A stretch of 64,000 nt of DNA from Spirochaetota bacterium (lineage in GTDB: Bacteria > Spirochaetota > Spirochaetia > DTKZ01). How positions within the stretch are numbered: the stretch's first letter is position 1; the number at the start of each line of letters is the position of its first letter. The stretch spans positions 2,977 through 66,976 of the forward strand of contig JAOABU010000116.1 in NCBI GenBank assembly GCA_026418195.1, given 5' to 3'. This document shows positions 10,036-19,284 of this stretch, piece by piece. Both the position numbers and the translations under genes were made by a program. Below the pieces are notes generated by a model that searched no databases, had not been told where the DNA came from, and worked only from the letters and a program-made list of their open reading frames with translations.

Positions 10036-11331
10036 TTAAGATCCCGCGAAAAGGAGATCTATATTTGCAGTCGCTTCCACAAGAGCTTTTAAAAATCTTG
10101 AAGCGGGAGCTCCGTCCACCGCTTGATGGTCTACTGTTAAAGACAATCCTATGTGGGGATAGAACTTTACCTCTTCTCCCTCCATTACGGGCTGAGGTTG
10201 GATGGTGCCTACTCCTAAAATAGCCACTTGAGGAGCATTCAGGATGGGGGTGAAGTACTGTATTCCAAAGCTTCCTAAGTTGGTTACCGTAAAGGTCCCC
10301 CCGGATAAATCATCGGTAGAGATTTTTCCCTCCATACACGCTTGGGCTAACCGTTTCGCCTCCCTGCTGAGGGCTGCGAGGGAAAGGGTTTGGGCATTTC
10401 GGATTACAGGTACTAGCAAGCCTTTGGGAGTATCTACCGCCACCCCTAGATGTACGGTGGAGAATCGTTGGATCGTGTCCTTCAGCCAGTAAGCGTTCAG
10501 TTCTGGAAAACGGGGAAGGGTTTTGGCCACCACGAACAGGATCAAATCGTTGATAGTAATATCCTGGTACCCATAGGCTTCCGGTGCTTCTTTGAACCGT
10601 TTCCGCCATCGTAATAGAGCTCGAGCATCTGCAATGGCGTGGAGAGTATACTGCGCATGAGATTGTAAAGATTCCATCATTCGTTGAGAAATCACCTTCC
10701 GCGTCCCTGTAACGGGAACTGAGATACCGCCTTCCTTAGTTTCCCCCATCACGGGCGTTGTGGTTTGTGAAGGCTCCCAAGAGGTGGAGAGTCGAGCTGC
10801 TTCTTCAGAAATACTCCGTAGCGATTGTTGTTTCTCTTCGATAGCTCTACGCACGTCCCGTTCGATGATTCTGCCTTTGGGGCCAGTACCAACCAAGATT
10901 TCCGGTTGAATACCATTCTGGCGAGCGAGCCTCATGGCACGGGGAGAAATACGTAAGGGTTTCCGATCTGGTGCAGAACTTTGATATTGGAGACCTGGAT
11001 CCTGCGACGTGGTTGAAGCAGTCTGCATGGTTTGCTGTTCTTTCGAGGAGATTGGGGGAGGTGACTTGTCTGGAGTACCCGGGAGTTGTTCTCCCGCTTC
11101 TCCTATATATGCGATGGGGGTAAGAACCGGCACATCCGCACCTTCAGAGAATAACACTTTCAGTAAGATTCCATCTGTAGGTGCTTCGACGGAGAAAACA
11201 GCTTTGTCCGTTTCCACCTCACAAAGGATATCTCCTTTCTGAACCTTCTCTCCCTCTTTCTTCTTCCATTCCAGGATTACACAGCTTTCCACTGTCTGCC
11301 CTTGCCTGGGCATCAATACTTCTGTTGCCAT
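10036..11331 (-). CDS. dihydrolipoamide acyltransferase (E2) of a 2-oxo-acid dehydrogenase complex
   Basis: 431 aa. Lipoyl domain with CEVETDKAVFSVEAPTDG (lipoyl-Lys), a Pro/Ser/Gln-rich linker with a peripheral subunit-binding region, and a catalytic domain with the DHQAVDGAPASRFL motif (His-Asp). Confidence 0.85.
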   Translation of the reverse strand: MATEVLMPRQGQTVESCVILEWKKKEGEKVQKGDILCEVETDKAVFSVEAPTDGILLKVLFSEGADVPVLTPIAYIGEAGEQLPGTPDKSPPPISSKEQQTMQTASTTSQDPGLQYQSSAPDRKPLRISPRAMRLARQNGIQPEILVGTGPKGRIIERDVRRAIEEKQQSLRSISEEAARLSTSWEPSQTTTPVMGETKEGGISVPVTGTRKVISQRMMESLQSHAQYTLHAIADARALLRWRKRFKEAPEAYGYQDITINDLILFVVAKTLPRFPELNAYWLKDTIQRFSTVHLGVAVDTPKGLLVPVIRNAQTLSLAALSREAKRLAQACMEGKISTDDLSGGTFTVTNLGSFGIQYFTPILNAPQVAILGVGTIQPQPVMEGEEVKFYPHIGLSLTVDHQAVDGAPASRFLKALVEATANIDLLFAGS

Positions 11332-11377
11332 ACCTTCTCCTTACATATTTGTGCCTTTCTGGCAATTTCGTGTACTG

Positions 11378-12133
11378 CTATACGCGGTCTACTTTTAACC
11401 CTTCCGCAATTAATGCTTCCAATGCTTGTTCAGGAAGTTCTTTATCAGTAATGATTCGATGGATGCGATGGAGGGGTAGAACATGAACGAAGCCTACCTT
11501 CCCGAATTTGGTACTGTCTGCTACCAGAATCGTTTCCTCTGCTTGAGCAGCCATCCGTTTTACGATTTCAGCCCCTTCCACTAGGTAAGTGGTAAGACCT
11601 TTTTCCAGAGTGAACCCATCAGTACCTACAAAGGCTCGTCTTACATGGAACCGTTCTAGTTCCGATAGGGCGATGGGGCCTACGAAGGACTCGGTTTGAG
11701 GACGGAACTCACCCCCTACTAAGGTTAGCCGCAGGGATGGATTGGCTCGAGCATAGGGAAGAAGTAGGGAATTGTTACTTACGATAGTGATATCCCGTTT
11801 GCCCAAAAGGTATCGAGCAATGAGGGCCGTTGTTGAACCGGCCTCGATCATAATGGTATCCCCATCCTCCACAATAGAAGCGGCTGCTTTGGCGATCCGG
11901 TTCTTTTCGTCAGTCCGTTTCCGTATCTGTTCCATCATGGTAGGGTGAAAAGTAGGAAGTGCACCGCCCCAGGTCCTGAGAACATAACCCTTTTCGGACA
12001 AAGCATTTAGGATTGATCGTATAGTCACTGCCGAAACTTTGAGGGTTTTTCCCATTTCAGCGATACCCATTCCAGGATTCTCACGGAGGAGTTCCAACAG
12101 GTCCTTTTCCTTTTCAGTCAGATTGATTGGCAT
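11378..12133 (-). CDS. DeoR-family transcriptional regulator
   Basis: 251 aa. N-terminal HTH (LLELLRENPGMGIAEMGKTLKVSAVTIRSILNAL) followed by a DeoR-C sugar-phosphate-binding-like domain. It is divergent from kamA and 46 nt upstream of the E2 gene. Confidence 0.85.
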   Translation of the reverse strand: MPINLTEKEKDLLELLRENPGMGIAEMGKTLKVSAVTIRSILNALSEKGYVLRTWGGALPTFHPTMMEQIRKRTDEKNRIAKAAASIVEDGDTIMIEAGSTTALIARYLLGKRDITIVSNNSLLLPYARANPSLRLTLVGGEFRPQTESFVGPIALSELERFHVRRAFVGTDGFTLEKGLTTYLVEGAEIVKRMAAQAEETILVADSTKFGKVGFVHVLPLHRIHRIITDKELPEQALEALIAEGLKVDRV

Positions 12134-12283
12134 GTCAATATTGCTTTCGATTTGTTTTTATTTTATTGTTTATTATATTTCGATTTTAGACTTTTTGTCA
12201 ATCGAATACGAAAAGTACTACACAAGGATGTATATATTTTCATAATTTTTTTCATTGATTTAATCCGAGCCTCTATAGAGTAA

Positions 12284-12312
12284 TTGACAAAGGTACGAAG
12301 AGTGAGTATTAG
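12284..12312 (+). promoter_or_regulatory. candidate sigma70-type promoter for the kamA operon
   Basis: TTGACA (12284..12289), a 17-nt spacer, then TATTAG (12307..12312), in a markedly AT-rich divergent intergenic region (12134..12345). A strong RBS AAGGAG lies 8 nt before the ATG at 12346. Confidence 0.35.
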
Positions 12313-12345
12313 CAGTATCAACACTGTAATGAAGGAGCACTTCAG

Positions 12346-13677
12346 ATGATGCAGAAATCGATCCCCATAGAAGAGGATCCCCCCAGTCTTTCGGAGGACC
12401 CTCCGGAGCCTAGTGCGGCGTTGAGGGAGGGCCTCCAATCTTCCCATCTATCGTCTTCGGACCTTCCGAATAGTTCGGATGCATCTACTATCCCCATCAA
12501 ACGGCTACGTGTTCTAAAACCCCAACGGGAGCAAAGTGGAGATCTCAAAGGGTTCAGGCAGAGGTTCTATCCCCATGTCACTAAAGCCGAATGGAACGAT
12601 TGGCGTTGGCAATTAGCCCATCGAATTACCTCATACGAAGAATTGGGGAAAATCCTCTATCTGTCCGATCACGAAACGAGGATTTTCCAGGAAAGTGGCA
12701 ATGGGTTACCCCTGTCTATCACACCCTACTACGCGAGTCTATTGGATCCGAAGAACCCCCTTCAGGCCCTTAGACGTTCTGTAGTACCGGTCTTTTATGA
12801 GAAGGTGCTCAGTGCTGGAGAGAACGTTGATCCTTTGGGAGAAGACCATGATTCTCCTGTTCCCGGTCTGGTACATCGGTATCCTGATAGAGTCTTGTTT
12901 CTGGCTACCTATGCATGCTCCACCTACTGCCGGTACTGTACCCGATCGCGGGCTGTAGGACATCAGGAGACAGGAGATATTCGTAGTCGTTGGGAGCAGG
13001 CCATCCAGTATATTCAGGAACATTCCGAAGTTCGGGATGTACTCATTTCGGGGGGAGATCCTTTAACCCTTCCCGATGAGTCCATCGATTATATCCTGTC
13101 GAGGGTAAGCGCCATTCCCCATGTGGAGTTCGTTCGGATTGGCACAAAGGTGCCTGCAGTTTTACCCCAACGGATTACCCGATCCCTCCTAAAAGTCCTG
13201 AAAAAATACAGACCTCTGTGGATGAGTATCCACGCTACTCATCCTGATGAGCTGACTCCAGAAATGAGGGCTGCATGCAACCGCTTAGCCGATGCAGGGA
13301 TACCGTTGGGCAGTCAAACGGTTCTCCTTGCGGGGATCAACGACTCTGTGGAAACCTTACGGAAACTCTTCCATGGTCTCCTGACGGTACGGGTCCGGCC
13401 CTATTACCTCTATCAGTGTGATCCTATTCCTGGTTCGGGACATTTCCGAACCTCGGTGAAAAAGGCTTTGGAAATCATGCAAGGTCTTCGAGGGTTCACC
13501 ACGGGGTATGCAGTACCGACCTATGTGATCGACGCACCTGGAGGAGGGGGCAAGATTCCACTACTACCCGAGTATGTGGTAGGGTACGAGAACGGTGACC
13601 TTCTCTTACGAAATTTCGAAGGGAATACGTATCGGTACCCTGATCCCGGAGCAGCAGAGGGAAACTGTATCCGATGA
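12346..13677 (+). CDS. kamA: lysine 2,3-aminomutase (radical SAM, KamA family) with an N-terminal acidic Ser/Pro-rich extension of about 60 aa
   Basis: 443 aa. Radical-SAM CSTYCRYCTRS (CxxxCxxC), the KamA N-terminal motif AEWNDWRWQLAHRI, and the KamA C-terminal region. This is the first gene after the AT-rich promoter region. Confidence 0.85.
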   Translation: MMQKSIPIEEDPPSLSEDPPEPSAALREGLQSSHLSSSDLPNSSDASTIPIKRLRVLKPQREQSGDLKGFRQRFYPHVTKAEWNDWRWQLAHRITSYEELGKILYLSDHETRIFQESGNGLPLSITPYYASLLDPKNPLQALRRSVVPVFYEKVLSAGENVDPLGEDHDSPVPGLVHRYPDRVLFLATYACSTYCRYCTRSRAVGHQETGDIRSRWEQAIQYIQEHSEVRDVLISGGDPLTLPDESIDYILSRVSAIPHVEFVRIGTKVPAVLPQRITRSLLKVLKKYRPLWMSIHATHPDELTPEMRAACNRLADAGIPLGSQTVLLAGINDSVETLRKLFHGLLTVRVRPYYLYQCDPIPGSGHFRTSVKKALEIMQGLRGFTTGYAVPTYVIDAPGGGGKIPLLPEYVVGYENGDLLLRNFEGNTYRYPDPGAAEGNCIR

Positions 13678-14654
13678 GAACCATCGGTCTTACCTATGAT
13701 TTGAAGGATGACTATCTCGCCGCTGGCTTCTCGACGGAAGAGGCGGCGGAGTTTGATTCCCCGCAAACGATTCAAGCTCTAGAAGATACGATAAGATCTC
13801 TTGGGTTCCAGGTGGATCGGATTGGGAACCTACGGGTGTTGATGAGACGGTTGCTAGCCGGAGATCGGTGGGATCTGGTGTTCAATATTGCCGAAGGAGC
13901 TCGAGGTCCAGGCAGGGAGTCCGAGGTTCCCTGCCTGTTGGAAGCCTTTCGGATACCCTATACCTTTTCCGATCCTATGGTGCTTGCCCTCTGCCTGCAC
14001 AAAGGTATGACGAAACATGTAATCCGGGACAATGGTATTCCTACCTCGGATTTCATCGTCTTACAACAGGCGAAAGAAGTTGAGAAGGTAAGACTTCCAT
14101 TTCCCCTTTTTGTGAAACCGGTGGCAGAAGGAACTGGAAAGGGGGTATCCACCCACTCGAAGGTGGAGAGCGCCGAAACTCTTCGAAGGACAGTAACCCA
14201 ATTACTGGAGAAGTTCCAGCAACCCGTGTTGGTAGAACGGTTTCTCCCTGGGAAAGAGTACACGGTAGGAATTATAGGCACCGGTTCTGAGGCAGAGGTG
14301 ATCGGAGGGATGGAGATTCGGTATGGGAGTTCTGCCGAGGGAGAGATCTATTCCTATTCGAACAAAGCTCAGTACGAGGGCCGGATTTCTTACCACCCCA
14401 TCGAAGGGCCTGCGAAGGAAAAGGTTTACCAGATAGCATTGGATGCCTATCGGGTTCTTTGTTGTAGGGATGGGGGAAGGGTAGATATTCGGGAGGATGA
14501 GAGGGGAGAACCTCAATTCATGGAGATCAACCCTCTTCCCGGTCTTCATCCGGTGGATTCGGATCTACCGATCCTTGCCCGTCTCCACGGCATGCCTTAT
14601 ACTCGTCTGATCGAAAGAATCCTAACCTCCGCTTGTAAAAGGAACGGGCTCTAG
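13674..14654 (+). CDS. ATP-grasp ligase of the D-alanine--D-alanine ligase (Ddl) family, substrate unknown
   Basis: 326 aa. Ddl-like N-domain (FNIAEGARGPGRESEVPCLLEAFRIPYTFSDPMVLALCLHK), a central ATP-grasp fold (LFVKPVAEGTGKGVS...VLVERFLPGKEYTVGIIG) and a C-terminal MEINPLPGL metal/ATP loop. The start overlaps the kamA stop (ATGA), implying translational coupling. Confidence 0.75.
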   Translation: MRTIGLTYDLKDDYLAAGFSTEEAAEFDSPQTIQALEDTIRSLGFQVDRIGNLRVLMRRLLAGDRWDLVFNIAEGARGPGRESEVPCLLEAFRIPYTFSDPMVLALCLHKGMTKHVIRDNGIPTSDFIVLQQAKEVEKVRLPFPLFVKPVAEGTGKGVSTHSKVESAETLRRTVTQLLEKFQQPVLVERFLPGKEYTVGIIGTGSEAEVIGGMEIRYGSSAEGEIYSYSNKAQYEGRISYHPIEGPAKEKVYQIALDAYRVLCCRDGGRVDIREDERGEPQFMEINPLPGLHPVDSDLPILARLHGMPYTRLIERILTSACKRNGL

Positions 14655-14661
14655 AGGCGGA

Positions 14662-16890
14662 ATGAACCGTTCTGAACCTCAACTATTGACCTTTCAAATT
14701 ACCCAGGCAGAACGGCTTCGTGCTCGAAGGCTTTTCAACGTTTTTTCAGTTTTCAACACCTTTTCCTACCTATTGCTCAGTGGCAATATCCTTTCCCTCT
14801 ATCTTCTTCGACTGGGGGCCAGCAGTACCCTCATCGGGATCATTTCTTCTTTTGCCTACGTTTCTTTCTTTTTCATGCTTCCAGGCCGGGTCATTGTCCG
14901 AAAGGTGGGGGTTTCAAGATTGTTTGCTTACTGCTGGACCGCCCGGTACCTGGCGGCTATCCCCTTGGTCCTATCCCCTTTCTTCATCCTGAGGGGACAG
15001 GGTAGGGTTGGTTTTTCACTGGTAGTTCTAGGAGCTCTTGGATTCCAGGTGATGAGAGGGATAGGTTTGGTAAGCAACAGTCCCATCATGGGGGATCTTT
15101 CAGAGGGGAAGGATAGAGGAGATTACCTATCTCGAATTCAGATCATTACCCACACGGTTTCCATTGTAACGGGTCTTCTGATGGCTTTTTCCTTAGGTAC
15201 CGGACAAGCTTCTCTATTACGGTATTCCTTTTTGATCCTTCTGGGAATCCTATTGGGTCTAGTGGGGTGTATGTTCCTATTCAAACTTCCTCTGCACCTT
15301 GGGGGAGGATTCCCTATGGAAGAGGGGGTGTTCACTTCGATCAAACGTGCACTGAGAGAGGCTTCTTTTCTCCGCTTCATAAAGGTGTTTGCGCTAGTGA
15401 TGGTAGTAGCGGGGATTACTCGTCCCTTTCTGGTTCTCTACTCTGCCGATGTGTACCAAGTGAGTGACAGTACAAACATGTACCTAACCGTAGTGGGAAG
15501 CCTAGGGGCTCTTACCATGGGAATGGTTGCCCAACTTCTTCTTGATCGAGTGGGACCCAAACCCATGCTGATCTTCTTTACCTTCATTTTTTTTCTTAGC
15601 ATGTTTCCCATCGTTCTGGCGATTCCATTCCATGGATGGGGAGAGTACGTGTATCTAGGGATTCTGTTCTTTTTCTTTCATTTTGGAACACTGGGACAGG
15701 AGAACGCTTCTCAAACCTACTTTTACGGAGTAGTGCGGCCCCAGGATCAGATGGATCTTGGAATTCTTTACTATCTGATTTTTGGGTTGGGAGGTACCAT
15801 AGGTTCTGCTCTAGGCGGCGTGATACTGGATGGAATCCACTCCCTTGGATTAGGGGATGTAGCCTCGTACCGTATTTTTTTTGGGGGAGGTATGTTCCTC
15901 ACCTTCGTCGCTTTACTCTGGATGTCCCGTCTCTCACCCATAGGCTCGGTCGGCGTTCGGAATGCCTTAACCATCATGTTTTCTGCTCGAGACATAAGGG
16001 CCATCCTTCTCCTAAATAAACTGGATCGTACCACTTCCATAGAGGCTGAGAGACGGGTGATACGGGAAATGGGTGAAACCCCCTCCTCTGTATCATTGGA
16101 AGGTCTCCTGCAGCGACTGAGATCGCCTAGTTTTATCATCCGAAGAGAGGCCCTGCAGGCCTTAGAGACCCACGAACCGGATGATCGGGTAGTAGAAGCT
16201 CTATTACATGAATTGAAGACAGGAGAGTTCACCACTGCGTACTTAGCGGCAAGGATTTTGGGTAAGTATAGGATTCATAGGGGGATACCCCTTCTTCGGT
16301 TGTCCCTTCATTCTGAGGACTACCTTCTGGCAGCTGAAAGTATGGTAGCTCTGGCTCGGCTTCAGGATGCTCAGAGCAAAGGAAAGATCGAGGCTTTCCT
16401 AAAAGTGGCAAAGAACCCCTTTCTCATCATTCATGGTGCAGAAGCGGTGAAGATCTATCAGGATCCTTCTTCTATCAACCTGCTACTGGAACTGGCAGAA
16501 CGACCGGAGCTTAACGATTCGGTCCGTAACCATGTAATTTTAGGAATTGCTGGACTCTTAAGAATGGAGGATTGGTTCTATCCGATCTTTACTGTCTTTT
16601 TAGACGAACCCTTCAAAGGGATAGATTTTCTCCTAGATCCCTTGTTAGCTATTCCTAAAGAGAGGGGTCTTCCTTACAGTAGAGAGCAGCTGATGGATGC
16701 CTTCTACTCCATCCCTCGGGATCCCTTGCAGTTTGGAACCTTTGCCAGGGAAATAGGGGGGAGTTGGGAAACCCTTCAATCCTTGCCCATCCCCTTCTAT
16801 AAAGAATCTCTCTATAGGATCCCCGCGACAGCCTTCCTCTTAGGAGGAATTATCGTCTACTATACCCTCATAAGCAAGGATCAGGAATAG
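14662..16890 (+). CDS. MFS-type transporter (about 12 TM) fused to a C-terminal cytoplasmic HEAT/PBS-lyase-like repeat domain
   Basis: 742 aa. Residues 1 to about 430 are serial hydrophobic helices with an MFS-like layout. Residues from about 440 to 742 are soluble, with repeated helical motifs (RREALQALETHEPDDRVVEALLHEL / AYLAARILGKY / LLAAESMVALARL) resembling HEAT-like repeats. It lies 7 nt after the ATP-grasp gene. Confidence 0.65.
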   Translation: MNRSEPQLLTFQITQAERLRARRLFNVFSVFNTFSYLLLSGNILSLYLLRLGASSTLIGIISSFAYVSFFFMLPGRVIVRKVGVSRLFAYCWTARYLAAIPLVLSPFFILRGQGRVGFSLVVLGALGFQVMRGIGLVSNSPIMGDLSEGKDRGDYLSRIQIITHTVSIVTGLLMAFSLGTGQASLLRYSFLILLGILLGLVGCMFLFKLPLHLGGGFPMEEGVFTSIKRALREASFLRFIKVFALVMVVAGITRPFLVLYSADVYQVSDSTNMYLTVVGSLGALTMGMVAQLLLDRVGPKPMLIFFTFIFFLSMFPIVLAIPFHGWGEYVYLGILFFFFHFGTLGQENASQTYFYGVVRPQDQMDLGILYYLIFGLGGTIGSALGGVILDGIHSLGLGDVASYRIFFGGGMFLTFVALLWMSRLSPIGSVGVRNALTIMFSARDIRAILLLNKLDRTTSIEAERRVIREMGETPSSVSLEGLLQRLRSPSFIIRREALQALETHEPDDRVVEALLHELKTGEFTTAYLAARILGKYRIHRGIPLLRLSLHSEDYLLAAESMVALARLQDAQSKGKIEAFLKVAKNPFLIIHGAEAVKIYQDPSSINLLLELAERPELNDSVRNHVILGIAGLLRMEDWFYPIFTVFLDEPFKGIDFLLDPLLAIPKERGLPYSREQLMDAFYSIPRDPLQFGTFAREIGGSWETLQSLPIPFYKESLYRIPATAFLLGGIIVYYTLISKDQE

Positions 16891-18665
16891 TATGCTTCCA
16901 ACGAGTAGAGGAGACTCTCGAAAAGACGTATCGTTTCTCGCATGGGTTCTGGGGTACGTAAATCTACTCCTGCTCGTGCGAGGGAATCTAATGGAAAGAG
17001 GGAACCGCCTGTCTTTAGAAACGAAAGGTAACGGTTCCGCTCTTCTACCCCTCCCTCCAACACCTGTTTCGAGAGAGCGATGGCAGCGGCCAGTCCAGTG
17101 GCATACTTATAGACATAGAAAGACCGATAAAAATGAGGAATCCTCAATCCCTCTACTTCATCCTCCTCGTCAAGGGTAACCGCATCACCGAAGTATGTTT
17201 CGAGTAGATGGCGGTACAGTCTTCGGATGACCTCTACGGTAAGAGGTTTTCCCTGTTCTACCGATGCATGACACTGAAGTTCGAACTCCGCAAACATGGT
17301 TTGTCGGAAGAAGGTCCCAATGATATCATCGATGTGTTTCACTGTCAGATAACGCTTGAACTCTTCCGATGAGCTGGTCTTTACGAAATGATGCATGAGA
17401 AGTTGTTCATTGAAGGTAGAAGCAGTCTCGGCTTCAACAATAGAGTAGTTGTAATGGGGAAAGGGGTTGTTCCGGGCAGAATAGTAGGAATGCATCGAAT
17501 GTCCCGCCTCGTGGGCTAGAGTGAACACATCCCGTAAAAGATCTTCCTTGAAGTTCATCAGGATATAGGGATCCCCAGTATAGGTACCAGCAGAAAAGGC
17601 TCCTGACCGTTTTCCTTTGTTCTCGTACCTATCTACCCATCCTCCCAGAAGTCCTGTTTTCAGGATGGAACAGTACTCTTCTCCCAGGGGTTCCAGAGAT
17701 GCGACAACCCGTTCTACCGCCTCCTCATAGGTATGCCGCACGCGAATGTCTGGTACGAGGGGAACCTTGGTATCCCATAACCTCAAGGTGGGAAGTCCCA
17801 AGATCTTTTTTCTCAACCTATAGTACCGATGAAGCACAGGAAGCCCTTCATGTACTGTTTGTATAAGAGAGTGGTACACCTGGGTAGGCACATCATCGGG
17901 GAAAAGTTTAGCATGAAGGGCCGAGGGAAAGTTTCGAATCCGCGCAATATAGATGTCCAAATGAACACTACCCCCATAGAGACTAGCCAAAGTGTTCTTA
18001 TACTGAGTAAAAAGCCTCATGTACTGCTTGTAGGCTTTTTCCCGAAGAGCACGGTCGGGATTCATCAGGAATGACTGAAAGGTAGAATGGGTCAGCGGTT
18101 TTTCCCCCTCCGGAGTAGTCAGTGTCCCAAAATCAAAGTCTACGTCTGTAAGGGCTGCAAACGCTTTTTCTGCGGTTTGATTCGCTTCCTGTTGAAGAGC
18201 GAGAAGTCTTTCCTCTGAAGGGGAAAGAGTATGGGGTTTATAGCGGAGAATTTTCTGGATCATGATCCGGTAGTCCGGGAGTTCCTTGAGAATCTGTTCC
18301 ATCAGTTGGGGAGGAATAGCTTGGATTTCTGGCTTTAAATATCCTGCCAAAGCCTCCGCTTGCGTGGAAACTTGAAGGAACCTGCCCCAGCGATCCTGGT
18401 TCGTTGAATCGCCTCCATCTTCGCTTAACCTTAAATGGGCATAGTAGGCCAATCGCTCTTCTAGGATTCCTAGCTCTGTCATGAAATCGAGACAAGCTTT
18501 AACCGACCCTACCGAAGAGCTGAGAGTTCCTTGAAACTGAGGAATCTTTTGAACAAGTTCCCTGTATCGAAGGAGCCCTTCTTCCCACGCCTCTTCACTT
18601 ACGAATAGGGAAGAAAGATTCCAGCAATACGCGGGGTTTACCTCTTTTCGTTCAGGTACTTTCAT
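16881..18665 (-). CDS. pepF: oligoendopeptidase F (M3B family zinc peptidase)
   Basis: 594 aa. HEAGHSMH zinc-binding HExxH motif with a downstream Glu, at PepF length. Confidence 0.85.
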   Translation of the reverse strand: MKVPERKEVNPAYCWNLSSLFVSEEAWEEGLLRYRELVQKIPQFQGTLSSSVGSVKACLDFMTELGILEERLAYYAHLRLSEDGGDSTNQDRWGRFLQVSTQAEALAGYLKPEIQAIPPQLMEQILKELPDYRIMIQKILRYKPHTLSPSEERLLALQQEANQTAEKAFAALTDVDFDFGTLTTPEGEKPLTHSTFQSFLMNPDRALREKAYKQYMRLFTQYKNTLASLYGGSVHLDIYIARIRNFPSALHAKLFPDDVPTQVYHSLIQTVHEGLPVLHRYYRLRKKILGLPTLRLWDTKVPLVPDIRVRHTYEEAVERVVASLEPLGEEYCSILKTGLLGGWVDRYENKGKRSGAFSAGTYTGDPYILMNFKEDLLRDVFTLAHEAGHSMHSYYSARNNPFPHYNYSIVEAETASTFNEQLLMHHFVKTSSSEEFKRYLTVKHIDDIIGTFFRQTMFAEFELQCHASVEQGKPLTVEVIRRLYRHLLETYFGDAVTLDEEDEVEGLRIPHFYRSFYVYKYATGLAAAIALSKQVLEGGVEERNRYLSFLKTGGSLFPLDSLARAGVDLRTPEPMRETIRLFESLLYSLEAYYS

Positions 18666-19284
18666 AGGGATTCTTCTCCAGATGGTTTTCTAGGATGGAT
18701 CGGATGGCTCGGGCTGCTAACCCACGATGAGAAACTTGGTTCTTTTCTTCTAGGCTTAGTTCGGCTACTGTTCTCCCTTTCCAGGGAAGGTACAGAAGGG
18801 GATCGTATCCAAAACCTCCTGTTCCTCTGGGGTTAAAAGCAATTTCCCCTTCCAAGGTTTCCTGGGCTACAAACCACCGTTCGGGATGGATCAATAACAC
18901 CATGCAACAGATGAAATAGGCCTTTCTATCTGTAATCGAACGCATCCGTTCTAGTAAAAGATGATGTTGCTCCTCATAAGTGGGTTTCCGTCCCAACTCT
19001 TTCTCCCCAAATCGAGCAGAGTAGACTCCCGGTTCCCCTTTCAGTGCAGGAATGGATAGGCCTGAATCATCTGCAATGATGGGGTAGGTTGATCGTCCTG
19101 CATCTAGGAGCAGTTTATGTAGGGTTCTCGCTTTTCCCAGGGAATTCTCTAGGTAGGTAGATCCAATCTCTTCATGATGGTAGGAAACTCCTAGATCCTG
19201 TGGAATCAGAAGGGTATGCCCATGAAAAAGGGCAGAGAGCTCTTCCTGTTTATGAGGATTCATTGATGCTAAAACTATGGTCAT
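18652..19284 (-). CDS. rdgB: non-canonical purine NTP pyrophosphatase (RdgB/Ham1, dITP/XTP pyrophosphatase)
   Basis: 210 aa. MTIVLASMNPHKQEEL N-terminus and FGYDPLLYLP motif of the Ham1 family. Confidence 0.85.
   Translation of the reverse strand: MTIVLASMNPHKQEELSALFHGHTLLIPQDLGVSYHHEEIGSTYLENSLGKARTLHKLLLDAGRSTYPIIADDSGLSIPALKGEPGVYSARFGEKELGRKPTYEEQHHLLLERMRSITDRKAYFICCMVLLIHPERWFVAQETLEGEIAFNPRGTGGFGYDPLLYLPWKGRTVAELSLEEKNQVSHRGLAARAIRSILENHLEKNPYEST

Noticed and set aside
12134-12345. Strongly AT-rich 212-nt stretch considered as a possible foreign insert or replication feature
   Set aside because: It is exactly the divergent intergenic region between deoR and kamA. It contains -35/-10-like hexamers and a strong RBS, so promoter/operator DNA is the parsimonious reading.
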